Below are positions 19,825-30,430 of a stretch of 64,000 bases of DNA, piece by piece. The notes under the pieces were generated by a model. The model was not told where the DNA came from, made no database searches, and saw nothing but the letters and a program-made list of their open reading frames with translations. Each line of letters begins with the position of its first letter. The first letter of the stretch is position 1. A program made the position numbers and the translations under genes. Origin of the DNA: a virus (lineage: Duplodnaviria > Caudoviricetes); IMG/VR virus record IMGVR_UViG_3300009185_000001, positions 138,881 to 202,880 of that record; one strand, given 5' to 3'.

Positions 19825-22800
19825 TTATAATAATTTTCTAGCAATTATATAACTACCTGCTAGAGGAACACAGGATATACCACCACCCGCAGTACCTAAA
19901 GCAAATTGCCAATTTAAAGTACCACCAACCGTTCCCGACCTTATATGCATTCTTCTTCTAACAAACCATGTGTTAGCAGTGTTACTACTTGGAGTTGTTA
20001 AATTTGTTGGAGTACTAGTATTATCAGCACCAACTCCTGCATATGTAATAGCAGTAGGAGTTCCGGTAGCAGTGAACCATGCATCATCTATCATAAAATA
20101 GTTAAATTTTAAACTTCCGTCACCAGTAAATTGATATTTAACACCCCCTAATCCTGTAGTTGTTAATATAGCAATAGCAACAACTTCATAATTTGTATTA
20201 GCATCTAAGGACACTCCATTTACTATATTTGCTAAAGTTATAGTTGCATTTGAACCTCCCAATGTGCTTCCTTTTATTAAATTTCCATATCTAGTATCGC
20301 CTAAACCTCCAGTAATTACAGAACTATCACCAAGATATGTTTGATTAGGAGCAGTTACACTTGGACTGTTTACTACTGTTACATTAGAAGCTGTATTATT
20401 ACCGATTGTCGTTGTTACTGCACCAGTACCAGTATTGATGTTGGTTGTACGAGCAGTTGTTGAGTTAATGTCAACCTGACCAGTTGTTGTCAAACCATAT
20501 GTGCTTGCAGCAGCAGTTACTACTCCTGTACTGTTTCCGATAGTTAGAGTATTAGCAGCAGTATTTGCTATTGTAGTATTTCCTGCTATTGTTGTTGTAC
20601 CATTGATTGCAACTGTTCCTGCTGCATTTCCAATAGTAGTTGTTACAGCACCAGTACCCGTATTAATATTGGTCGCTGCTGCCGTTCCATTATTAATATT
20701 GAGTGCTCTTCCTGTAGTTGTATTAATGCCTATAGTACTTGCAGTTGTAATTGTTAAAGTACTTGCTTCTAAATCTGCTGTGCCAGTTTGATTTCCAACC
20801 ACAAGAGTATTTCCTGCGGTATCTGCTATTGTCGTGTTTCCTGCTATTGTTGTTGTTCCGTTTATAGCAACTGTTCCTGCATTTCCAATCGTAGTTGTTA
20901 CAGCACCAGTACCAGTATTAATATTTGTAGTTCTTCCTGTAGTTCCATTTATTGTAAATGTACTTGCAGTTGTAATTGATCCGGTATTTCCATTTAATGT
21001 AAGAGTTCCTGAAGAATTTCCGATACTAACCGTTCCAGTAGTTGTTCCTGTTCCGATATTAGTGTTGGTTGTGGTTCCTGAATCGTTGTTAATTCCAATA
21101 GGAGCACCTTTTGCATTAATTACTGCGGAGTTATTACCAATTCTTACTGTTCCGGTAGATCCATTGATATTTATTTCAGTATCTTTAAATGATGCTGTGG
21201 TATTTCCATCATTTATTTTAACATAACCTGCAACATTTACATTGGTTCCATTGGCATTGGAATTTCCAATATTAACATTTGTTAATGTTGTATTATTTGA
21301 ATTGATGTATGTGCTTCCACTTCCATCATAATTAATTCTAGTATCTCCACCTGCTATAATCGCACCAAATGCAGATCCATAGGCAGACAATGCTGTTGTT
21401 CCATTACTATCACCAAAAATTGCTAGTTTAGCGGTTGGTGTAGCATGATTTATGCCCACATTACCATTTGATAATATGGTAACTTTTTGGGTATTGTTAG
21501 TAACAATATCAAATGGAACAGAATTTTCTGTGCCTATATATGGATTAGAAGCATTTGTACCAAAAGTACCAATTGTAATTTTATTTGTTGTTCCATCATA
21601 TATTCTAACTTGTGGTTGACCATTAGCTTCACTTGCTGTATTAGCTTTAACAATATTAAAGGGAGCAGTAGGCGTATTAACTCCAACACCAACCCAACCA
21701 TTAGTAGCACCATCAACAATTAATGACGCTTTAGAATGAGGAACATCAATGTCTTGATCAAAACATTGTAATATAGGATATGCTCCAGTTTGTATAATTG
21801 TAGTAGCAGCATCAGTTCCTTTGTTGTTTACTACAAGAGAACTAGTTATTTGAACTTTAGTATCAAGATAAGAAAATGTTCCTAGTGCTGAAAGATCTCC
21901 TGTTATAGTTGTGTTTCCATCGATTCTAACATCTCCATTAACATCAAGAACTACTTGTGATGCTTGTTGAGGATAATATGGCTGTGGTACTTTATAAATT
22001 CCTACTCTACTATTGAATACGTTTATTCCACCACCACCAGTAGAAAGAGAAATCATCGGACTATGAAAGGATGCCCCTACATTTCCCCCTTCGGCTTTAA
22101 TACCTGTTAATGCACCATAGGCAGATAATGCAACATTATTAGAATATGCACCAACACCCATTGTATTTCCATATGAATTAACACCCCAATTGGAAGAATA
22201 AGCATCCAATCCAATGTTTTTACCATAAGCACTTAATGCTCTAAATGGGCTATAAAATTCTCCACCGACAAATCCACCGAATGCTGATATGCCTCTTGAG
22301 GACGAATAAACATCTAAACCAATCTGTCCACCATAAGCAGACAATGCTCTTATGGGACTATAAAATTCTCCACCAATTCTTCCGCCAAAAGCAGATATGG
22401 CCCTTGTAGGAGAATAAACATCCAATCCTATTTCTCCACCCCAAGCACTTAATGCTCTTACAGGACTATAAAATTCTCCACTAATAAATCCACCATAAGA
22501 AGATATGCCTCTCGAAGAAGAATACACATCTAAACCAATTTGTCCACCATAAGCAGACAATGCTCTTATGGGACTATAAAATTCTCCAGCGATTCTTCCA
22601 CCAAATGCTGATATTGCTCTTGTAGGAGAATAAACATCCAATCCTATCTGTCCACCCCAAGCAGATATGGCTCTCATAGGGGAAAGGGCTTCTATTGCAA
22701 TTTTAGGAGCATTTGCAGAAATACCAATTGATTTTGTACTGATAACCTCAAGACCTAAATATCCTTCACTATGTATATATGCTCCGCGAGTTCCTGCATA

Positions 22801-23007
22801 TGCACACAAAGCTGTATTATCAGTATATAAAAATGCTGCAAATGAACTTAAAGGACAAGTAGCACTTAAAGCACCTTTTAAAACAAATTCCCCAAGAAAG
22901 GGTTGTTGTTGGCTGGCTATTGGATCATGCGATGCATCAGGATTTGTGTCATTACCATATGTATGGTGATTACGTCTATGCCATTTTGAATGAAAACGAT
23001 TACTCAT
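19825..23007 (-). CDS. Tail fibre/spike-like protein with 18-aa tandem repeats
   Basis: About 10 repeats SPxRAxSAxGGxxGx(DV/EF)Y; VGVGVNTPTAP and VGINHATPTAKL fibre motifs; T/N/G-rich beta-solenoid-like region. Confidence 0.7.
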   Translation of the reverse strand: MSNRFHSKWHRRNHHTYGNDTNPDASHDPIASQQQPFLGEFVLKGALSATCPLSSFAAFLYTDNTALCAYAGTRGAYIHSEGYLGLEVISTKSIGISANAPKIAIEALSPMRAISAWGGQIGLDVYSPTRAISAFGGRIAGEFYSPIRALSAYGGQIGLDVYSSSRGISSYGGFISGEFYSPVRALSAWGGEIGLDVYSPTRAISAFGGRIGGEFYSPIRALSAYGGQIGLDVYSSSRGISAFGGFVGGEFYSPFRALSAYGKNIGLDAYSSNWGVNSYGNTMGVGAYSNNVALSAYGALTGIKAEGGNVGASFHSPMISLSTGGGGINVFNSRVGIYKVPQPYYPQQASQVVLDVNGDVRIDGNTTITGDLSALGTFSYLDTKVQITSSLVVNNKGTDAATTIIQTGAYPILQCFDQDIDVPHSKASLIVDGATNGWVGVGVNTPTAPFNIVKANTASEANGQPQVRIYDGTTNKITIGTFGTNASNPYIGTENSVPFDIVTNNTQKVTILSNGNVGINHATPTAKLAIFGDSNGTTALSAYGSAFGAIIAGGDTRINYDGSGSTYINSNNTTLTNVNIGNSNANGTNVNVAGYVKINDGNTTASFKDTEININGSTGTVRIGNNSAVINAKGAPIGINNDSGTTTNTNIGTGTTTGTVSIGNSSGTLTLNGNTGSITTASTFTINGTTGRTTNINTGTGAVTTTIGNAGTVAINGTTTIAGNTTIADTAGNTLVVGNQTGTADLEASTLTITTASTIGINTTTGRALNINNGTAAATNINTGTGAVTTTIGNAAGTVAINGTTTIAGNTTIANTAANTLTIGNSTGVVTAAASTYGLTTTGQVDINSTTARTTNINTGTGAVTTTIGNNTASNVTVVNSPSVTAPNQTYLGDSSVITGGLGDTRYGNLIKGSTLGGSNATITLANIVNGVSLDANTNYEVVAIAILTTTGLGGVKYQFTGDGSLKFNYFMIDDAWFTATGTPTAITYAGVGADNTSTPTNLTTPSSNTANTWFVRRRMHIRSGTVGGTLNWQFALGTAGGGISCVPLAGSYIIARKLL

Positions 23008-23068
23008 ATTTTTTAGTCTCTGTTGTTAGCAGGAACCGTTCATTTCTGAAGGTTACTATTATCAATAT

Positions 23069-26000
23069 TTATACTGGAGGAATAACTTTATTACAACATT
23101 CTGAAGTAGCAGATCCCCATGTTTTACTCGGAGCATAGGATATTGGGAAACTATTTTCAAGCTCTGCATATGTTATAGGATTTATGTTACATATACGTAT
23201 TGCAGGAAAGGTTAATTTATAACAAGACATTGCCTTCCAAGACCAACAGAATACATCATTACATCCATTACTGGAATTATTTGATTGCACGTTATAATCA
23301 ACTATATTTAAAAACAAGTTTAAATCATTTAAAGCACTGCACAATTTAGACAATTCTCTATTCATTACTTGTGGTGTATGTAATTCATTTACACCAACAC
23401 CTAATGTTTCACACTCTATTGTTCCATCAAAATAAGGCAAGTCATTTACATCAACAGGAACAGATGCAAAATATTTTACTATATTCGTAGAAGTTTGTTC
23501 GGTGGCTAATACTAATTTGTAATTTAATGAACTTCTAAGGGTTTTAATATTTTGAGCCATTCGTATTAAACATCTATTATAATTGGTATCTGATGCTAAT
23601 TCATCCCTATCTATTAATAATTGATCCCTAGACCAATACTGACTAGGCAATCCTTCTCCAACTTTATATACTTCTAAAACGTCTTGAAGTTTTATTATAC
23701 ATTTCTCGGTCAATAATAATATAGAACGATTTTTATCCTTTTTAGCACCAACAAAAACAAGATTTGCTGGAAGATCAAGTTGTGATATAAAGTAACCGGA
23801 AGCAGAATATTTGTAAACATCTGTCGAAGTAACTGCATATATAAAATCGCCTACTTCATCAAATATAATTTTAATAATATTTGAAGTAATATTATTTATT
23901 TTAAATTTTGAAACATAAGAAGAACTAAATGAATCAAATATGTATATAGTTTTTGTTTCTGTTAATACATATAATAATTCAAATTCTGGATGAACTGCTA
24001 TGCTTATCGGTCTTTCATCAAAAAACTCATCGGCTTCATATGTATAAACCCAATTTAAATCGGTGTTATATCTTTTAACACAGCGATTGTTAAAATCCAA
24101 TACATACAGATTTTGTCTTTCATATGCCAATTCGGATGGAGAATTAAATTTATTAGTGTCTTTTTTAGAACCTAATCCCCCAACATTTAATGTATAATTT
24201 AATGTAGATTGCGTATTGAATTCTAAATCAAATCTATAAACTCTATTTTTTGGAGGGTCTGCTATATATGCTATGGTTCCGGTTTCATCTACCTCTAATG
24301 AAATTGGATTTAAGAAAATAGTATTTAATGAATCTGCTCCATCTAATTGTATTTCAGAAGAAATATTATCGGAAGATAAACATCTGAATAAGTTTCCATC
24401 CAATACATAAATGCGATTATTAACTTCTATAGCATCTTTTATTTTTGTAAAATAAGAAATTCCAGAAGAAACTGCTAATTCCGGATTATAATAAAATTCG
24501 GTTCCAAAATCTCTTGTATACCATCTTATTCCACTACTTAAATTAAAGGGATTACTACCCAACCAACCAAAAAATATTGTTGGTGAATTAGTATTTATTG
24601 TTTGTAAATTTGATGCCAAATAATCCAAATTATCTTGTATTCTACCTATTGAGGTATTGAATATATCAGAATCTCCCCATTCATTTGGTTGAATGAAAAC
24701 TCCTTCGTTTGTATAGGGAAGTGTTAAAACAGCTTCTTCTACAAATCTTAATGAGTTTGGATCATATGTTTGCCAATTATTTTTTACAAAAATTGGATTT
24801 GGATGTTCATACATTTTTAATGATCCATCATTATATAATGCACTATAAGAAATATAATATGTACCAGAATTTTTATATGAATAAAATAAAGAAGAATCGA
24901 ATGCGGTAATTCTATCAGAATCGTACTCACCAAAATTTACCATATATGCAATTATAGATATATTACCTGTAGAATCCGGTGTATCAAATTGTAGGAATAA
25001 ATCTTGTCCAGTAAGAACATATGCAGTTGATATAAAAATTTCTGGACTTGCAGCACTGCTGCTTGATATTAACGTTTTAGTTGGTGAAATAGAAGTTGTT
25101 ATTTGAGTAACAGTACTCCATAAATCTCTAGAACCTGTATAAGCATTATCTGGATAGTTATTAAAGGTTGATGAAAATATTTTTTTATCTATATTTGAAG
25201 AAGCATGTAAAAAAAGAGTATTCTTCTTGGTTCCCGATACTGTGAGTTCATTGGCAGGATCTCCTATTACTAATTCAAATACATCAAAACTTCCTGTTGT
25301 TGCTGGAATTTCTCTATTAACCGACCAAAAATATGTTGAAAGGGTATATGTTATTGTTCCATTGACTATTTCTACGGGAGAATTTGGAATGCTTGTGCTT
25401 ATACTTTGATATACTGATATAACACGATCATTATCAATATCTATAGCAGTTGTATCTACCATATATGTTGTTGTTATATCTGTGTAAGGAATCAATTTTA
25501 AATTTTTTTGCAATCTATTTGCACTATTATTATCAGATTTTGCGGTTATATTAAATGTATATGTATTTAAATTTAAACCACTTGGCATTTTATAATATAT
25601 TCCATTATTTTCTGGAAATAATTCATCATTAAATGCTGTTAATGTTATAGGCAATCCAGATGATGAATACATTTCAGTTGCATATGGAATATTTGTTAAT
25701 GTATAATAAGAAGAAAATTTTTCTAATTTTGTATTAAGATTTTCTCCGGTATAATATCTAAAATCATTCAGATATGATTTATTTGCAGATAGATAATATC
25801 CTTGGCTATTTGATTTTTTATTTCCATATGCAGTATTAGATGGTATTTGTGTATAGTTATTTTGATCAGAAAGCGTTAGATACTTTCCATTTTTCCAAAA
25901 GAATTCTGGAATTGTTAAAAACTGTAATGATTTATTAAATTCGGATGAATCTAAAATATTCACTACAGTATTTGCCTGAACATTATGTGCGCTTGTCCAG

Positions 26001-28756
26001 CCGGGCACAATGGCATTTAAAGCACTTAAGCTTATTATGGTTTTAGAAACATTTGATATATTAACATTTATAGGATTGTTTCCATATGTTAATGTATTAA
26101 CATTATTATTACTAGATACATTCCAAACAATTGTAGAATTTATATATGTTGGAATAACATCACCCAAAGAAGAAAATGTATAACTATTTGTTGCATTATT
26201 TGGTCTAGTAATTATATATTTTTTATCTCTTGTATTTGAAATTTCAGATGAAAGTTTTTGAAATGCTGTATAATATCCTAAGAAATTAGTATTAAAAATA
26301 GAAGGAGCAGGAAAATCATCAACATCAAATATATAACTTCCTTCTATCAATCCAGATTGAGTATCTATAGAAGCAACAATTCTAACGGTATTTATATTTG
26401 GAGTTTTAGTATTATATGGAGGAGTTACTTCTACTTTTATACTACTTAAAATAGTAGTTCCTAAGTCATATCCATATGAATATGTATTTAAAGATGGATA
26501 TAAATAAGCATTTATAGGAATTGTTTCATAATCAATATCATTATTATATGACCAAATCCAATTCAATTGAGTATCTGATGGTAGATTATACTGTCTTCCT
26601 TTATATGGAACTGCACATGTTAAATAAACACTTCTAGTTTCATTTAAATTGTTTATACCATAGGGTGCTCCAACTAATAATCTTTCTTCCGCAAAATAAT
26701 TAAAAAGTGCAGAATTTGAACTAAGGTTAGTAACTTCGTTATATTTCTGAGAAGATAAATTTATTACTGTTGTTTGCGGACCATATCCAGAAACAACTAC
26801 AGACCAAGTATTAAAACCAAAAGGAACAGCACTAAATGCAGGTATATTTTGAATAAAATTGCCGTCTATGTCTACTGAATTTATAGTAACAGAATTATTT
26901 TCTGGAGTAAAAAACCAAGATATATAAGAATCTCTAAGATCTCTTGTAGGCCAAGAACTTGTTGATATTAAAAAAGATCCATCAACTTCCATATAATCTT
27001 CGGTTTCATATATCTTAGAAAGAAATATTGGCTGACCGCCATTATATGGTAATTCACCTATTGCCAAACGTATTCTGGTTGCTTCGTATGCATCAATATA
27101 TCCAGCAATCGTACATAAAGATGGTCTCAAACTGAAATCTAATTCTCCATGAGTTGTTATTGGATATGTAATTAAAAATGAATTTGCAGAAGAAGCAGGA
27201 ATCCAACCAGAATCTACCAATGAATATGGAATGTCTAAATTATTTCCATAAAAACAATAAAGAGAAGATAGAAATACGCTATTAGAAGGAACCAATGGAG
27301 AAAATTTAATATAATCCGAACTTGATCCATACCACAAATCATAGCTAATAAAATTAAAATCCGAGGCTATGAATGAAGAAACAGTTACAGATGATGTATA
27401 ATTTTTACCAGATGTATATTTTTCAGAAACCGAAGAACATTTTAAATAAAATGTTAAATTCGCAGTTTCCATCAAACCAGTAATATTAGGTTCTGCGGAA
27501 CCAGTTAAAGATGCTTTGTAGGAATAATAATGAGGAGGATATTTTGTAGTCCAATCTATACTCTGAGAATTGGTTGTCGCAAGAGGAACTCCTAATTGTG
27601 CTCCTGTTGTGGAAATAAAAGTATCTTGCCAAAACTCATTGCTAAATTTCATCGCAGGACAATCTGCTATGTAGCTAACCGAAATAGAAGTATCGGGAAT
27701 TCCGGTTACAAGATTTATTATAGAAGTCGAGGTATTTAAAGATCCGTTATTAAAATATGAAAAATTACTATTATATAAATCAAAGACACCACTCAACACA
27801 CAATATCTAACATCTCCAAGATCTATGTCCGCAGTATCATTTTTAATCTGTACCAATTGAAATGCTTGTTTATTGGCTGGTGTTTGTGGAGTAATTATAC
27901 AAGAGGATTTTAACGTAGGAGATAGTCCTAAATTTTCATCTGGTCTTTGTTGTCCAAGGGAATACAGAGAAACGTTTCCTTGTGCATCAGATTCATAATA
28001 TTTTACATTATAAGTTATGTATGTTGTATCGGGCCTTATTCTAGAAGTTGATGTAGAATTTACAGGCGAAGGTTCTAATACTGTAGAATAAAATGTAGGA
28101 TTGTATGAATCGGTAAAAGTTATAAGCGGAAGACCTACTCTAGTACGAGAAGCACAAAGATTATAAACAATTGAATAGTTTGCATCTGATATAAGAGAAG
28201 TGGTTACTGGAGTTTTTTTTAAAAAATTTATATTTCCACTTGCAGCATCTAAATCGGTAGTAGATCCTAAATAATACGTTGCAGCTGTACTTAATAAAAC
28301 AGTTTGAGTGTTTAATCTCCAATTATTTCCATCTTTTATGGGTTTGGCAGTAGGTTTTAAAAAAAGTCTTTTTGGGTATAATAAATATGAGTAATATCTT
28401 TCACCAATTTGCTTTCCCGGAGCAATGTCTATACTCAATGAATTTAAAGTATTTCCAATATCAAATGCTCTTCTTTCAGCAGAAACATTCCAAACTAAAA
28501 GCGTATTACTTGTAGTATCTAATTCCAACAATCCCTGACTATAAAAGGTTGGAACAGAATTCAAATAATCATATTTTCCATAATTAGAAGGTAATCCATT
28601 CAAAGGAACCGTTTGATTATTCACAAATCTAAATGAATTATCAGCGGGTATAGAAGCTAATGCTGGATTTATTAACTGTCCTGCAATAGATATTTTATAC
28701 ACTTCATTCGGCCAAGTACCGGATTCGGTTATGTAATATGCCTGATTTGATGCCAT
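23069..28756 (-). CDS. Giant virion protein (1895 aa) with C-terminal NHL/beta-propeller-like region
   Basis: AYIADPPKNRV, FNSPSELAY, LYVLDFNNRCVKRY near the C-terminus; PKD-like VNFGE. Confidence 0.65.
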   Translation of the reverse strand: MASNQAYYITESGTWPNEVYKISIAGQLINPALASIPADNSFRFVNNQTVPLNGLPSNYGKYDYLNSVPTFYSQGLLELDTTSNTLLVWNVSAERRAFDIGNTLNSLSIDIAPGKQIGERYYSYLLYPKRLFLKPTAKPIKDGNNWRLNTQTVLLSTAATYYLGSTTDLDAASGNINFLKKTPVTTSLISDANYSIVYNLCASRTRVGLPLITFTDSYNPTFYSTVLEPSPVNSTSTSRIRPDTTYITYNVKYYESDAQGNVSLYSLGQQRPDENLGLSPTLKSSCIITPQTPANKQAFQLVQIKNDTADIDLGDVRYCVLSGVFDLYNSNFSYFNNGSLNTSTSIINLVTGIPDTSISVSYIADCPAMKFSNEFWQDTFISTTGAQLGVPLATTNSQSIDWTTKYPPHYYSYKASLTGSAEPNITGLMETANLTFYLKCSSVSEKYTSGKNYTSSVTVSSFIASDFNFISYDLWYGSSSDYIKFSPLVPSNSVFLSSLYCFYGNNLDIPYSLVDSGWIPASSANSFLITYPITTHGELDFSLRPSLCTIAGYIDAYEATRIRLAIGELPYNGGQPIFLSKIYETEDYMEVDGSFLISTSSWPTRDLRDSYISWFFTPENNSVTINSVDIDGNFIQNIPAFSAVPFGFNTWSVVVSGYGPQTTVINLSSQKYNEVTNLSSNSALFNYFAEERLLVGAPYGINNLNETRSVYLTCAVPYKGRQYNLPSDTQLNWIWSYNNDIDYETIPINAYLYPSLNTYSYGYDLGTTILSSIKVEVTPPYNTKTPNINTVRIVASIDTQSGLIEGSYIFDVDDFPAPSIFNTNFLGYYTAFQKLSSEISNTRDKKYIITRPNNATNSYTFSSLGDVIPTYINSTIVWNVSSNNNVNTLTYGNNPINVNISNVSKTIISLSALNAIVPGWTSAHNVQANTVVNILDSSEFNKSLQFLTIPEFFWKNGKYLTLSDQNNYTQIPSNTAYGNKKSNSQGYYLSANKSYLNDFRYYTGENLNTKLEKFSSYYTLTNIPYATEMYSSSGLPITLTAFNDELFPENNGIYYKMPSGLNLNTYTFNITAKSDNNSANRLQKNLKLIPYTDITTTYMVDTTAIDIDNDRVISVYQSISTSIPNSPVEIVNGTITYTLSTYFWSVNREIPATTGSFDVFELVIGDPANELTVSGTKKNTLFLHASSNIDKKIFSSTFNNYPDNAYTGSRDLWSTVTQITTSISPTKTLISSSSAASPEIFISTAYVLTGQDLFLQFDTPDSTGNISIIAYMVNFGEYDSDRITAFDSSLFYSYKNSGTYYISYSALYNDGSLKMYEHPNPIFVKNNWQTYDPNSLRFVEEAVLTLPYTNEGVFIQPNEWGDSDIFNTSIGRIQDNLDYLASNLQTINTNSPTIFFGWLGSNPFNLSSGIRWYTRDFGTEFYYNPELAVSSGISYFTKIKDAIEVNNRIYVLDGNLFRCLSSDNISSEIQLDGADSLNTIFLNPISLEVDETGTIAYIADPPKNRVYRFDLEFNTQSTLNYTLNVGGLGSKKDTNKFNSPSELAYERQNLYVLDFNNRCVKRYNTDLNWVYTYEADEFFDERPISIAVHPEFELLYVLTETKTIYIFDSFSSSYVSKFKINNITSNIIKIIFDEVGDFIYAVTSTDVYKYSASGYFISQLDLPANLVFVGAKKDKNRSILLLTEKCIIKLQDVLEVYKVGEGLPSQYWSRDQLLIDRDELASDTNYNRCLIRMAQNIKTLRSSLNYKLVLATEQTSTNIVKYFASVPVDVNDLPYFDGTIECETLGVGVNELHTPQVMNRELSKLCSALNDLNLFLNIVDYNVQSNNSSNGCNDVFCWSWKAMSCYKLTFPAIRICNINPITYAELENSFPISYAPSKTWGSATSECCNKVIPPV

Positions 28757-28808
28757 GTTATCTAATATTTAGACAGAACATCTAAAAATAAAGTTTTTAA
28801 ACATCATC

Positions 28809-28988
28809 TTATTCCTCATTTGGAATAAGACCAGTTGCATATTTTTCTGATATAAATTCGTTTTGTGGTGTTGTCGTTTTTGTAGTTACTAAACAATCAT
28901 TAGGATCATCGGTAGAAACTAAAAAACTTCCTCTAATAACGGATCTTCCCTTAGTATATGAATTAAGTTTTATTATATTTGACATTTT
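28809..28988 (-). CDS. Small hypothetical protein
   Basis: MSNIIKLNSYTKG... ORF between large genes. Confidence 0.4.
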   Translation of the reverse strand, partial: KMSNIIKLNSYTKGRSVIRGSFLVSTDDPNDCLVTTKTTTPQNEFISEKYATGLIPNEE

Positions 28989-28995
28989 ATTATAT

Positions 28996-29907
28996 TTATG
29001 AAACAATAAGATAATCTTTTAAATCTATAGAATATGATATAGAAGGATTCAATGGCTTAGTATTTAAATCAGAACTATATATTTTTAAAACTCCATTTAT
29101 ATAGTCTACCCAATTATAGATATATTTATTGGTTCCTGTTGTGCCACACAAATCAAATGATGGTGTAAATGTTATTAATGAGCTTGAGACACTTCCATTT
29201 ACATCTATTTCTATGTGATTATTGTTAGGATCAAAATAATTTTGATAAGAATCATATCCAACAGCTATACTATCAGGAATTCCATCGTATGCCAGTCCAC
29301 CACCATAACCACCCGCAATGTTGGAATAACTTTGTAAAATAAATGTGATGCCATCAGCCCTGCTGCCTCCACCCATTGAAAATACATAGTAACAAGACCA
29401 ATTTAATAAATTTGAATTGCTATCTATAAAATATAAAGGATTTTTATAAAAAATATTTCCGGTTTGGTTTCCTCCTGCTTCTGTAAATCTAATAGAATTT
29501 CCTATTTTTGTTGCATTGTTTAAATAATTAGAGGTATTTAAAACATCTGAATGACTTAAAGAATTTAAGGAAGAATTCCATGTTACATTGTGTAGCCAAT
29601 GCTCATTAGTTGAAGCTCCAGTAGATCCACCAAATCCCATATAAAAAGAATTTTTGCCTATTATTGGAGGATTAATTGTATTAATACATTTAATCGGTGG
29701 AAGCGGAACGTCTAAAGAAGGATTTGGAGGACGATTTCCAACAATACCATCTATGCTTGTAGAATAAGTCGAAGGGCTGCTGGAAACTATATATGGATTT
29801 CCATGACCTAAATCACAACCACAATCTGATGTAGTAGTGACTGGTTCATTTTGAGTTTTTGAAACTGTTATATCATATGATTTTCCAAATCCAATGTAAT
29901 TTACCAT
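28996..29907 (-). CDS. L-type (legume) lectin domain protein
   Basis: YMGFGGSTGA, ADGITF, GGYGGGLAY, AVGYDSYQN...NNHIEID; own TATAAATA promoter at 29917-29924. Confidence 0.7.
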   Translation of the reverse strand: MVNYIGFGKSYDITVSKTQNEPVTTTSDCGCDLGHGNPYIVSSSPSTYSTSIDGIVGNRPPNPSLDVPLPPIKCINTINPPIIGKNSFYMGFGGSTGASTNEHWLHNVTWNSSLNSLSHSDVLNTSNYLNNATKIGNSIRFTEAGGNQTGNIFYKNPLYFIDSNSNLLNWSCYYVFSMGGGSRADGITFILQSYSNIAGGYGGGLAYDGIPDSIAVGYDSYQNYFDPNNNHIEIDVNGSVSSSLITFTPSFDLCGTTGTNKYIYNWVDYINGVLKIYSSDLNTKPLNPSISYSIDLKDYLIVS

Positions 29908-30134
29908 ACTATGTAATATTTATAGTTACATGCTTAGTAAATTTGTATTTATTTTAAAGTTTGACCCTGCCAACATATTTCGTATATTATATTCAGTATA
30001 TTACATTTACTATATTATATTTAAATATTATCTTTCCTATATTATATTGATGCATATTATATTTGGTATTTTATATTTGTATATTATATTTCGTATATTA
30101 TATTTACTATATTATGTTTACTATATTAAAACAG

Positions 30135-30419
30135 CTTTATGTTATCACGATAGTTCTTTATCTATCGTTTCTAACTATTCCTAGTTAGATCAGACTATAT
30201 CTTCACTCTATTTTTTTTATAAAAGAGTGTCAGGCGTTCTTGGGAAGAATTACTGTCCGTTTTGGACTCGCTTCCTAGTCGTTGCACCTTCAAATGCATT
30301 CCTGCATATGCTTGGTTCAGGATTGTCCGTTCTGGAGTTTCCCTGAGTTAACCTGATATGGGCCTATTTTTATGTCAAAGAGCTATTTCCATTAAAGGAA
30401 TTGTTTATACTTATTTATT
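30135..30419 (-). ncRNA. Group I intron/ribozyme core (3' end uncertain)
   Basis: On the minus strand in order: P AACUCAGGGAAA, Q AAUCCUGAACCAAG, R GAAGGUGCAACGACUA, S AAGAUAUAGUCUGA; P3 UCAGG/CCUGA, P8 CACUCU/AGAGUG, P9 CUAACUA/UAGUUAG; P1 with U.G pair at 30420. Confidence 0.85.
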
Positions 30420-30430
30420 ATATACAATTT

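Noticed and set aside
29930-30184. 84-aa + strand ORF
   Set aside because: It is the translation of a TATATT microrepeat (Y/I-rich) antisense to the operon and overlaps ribozyme P9.
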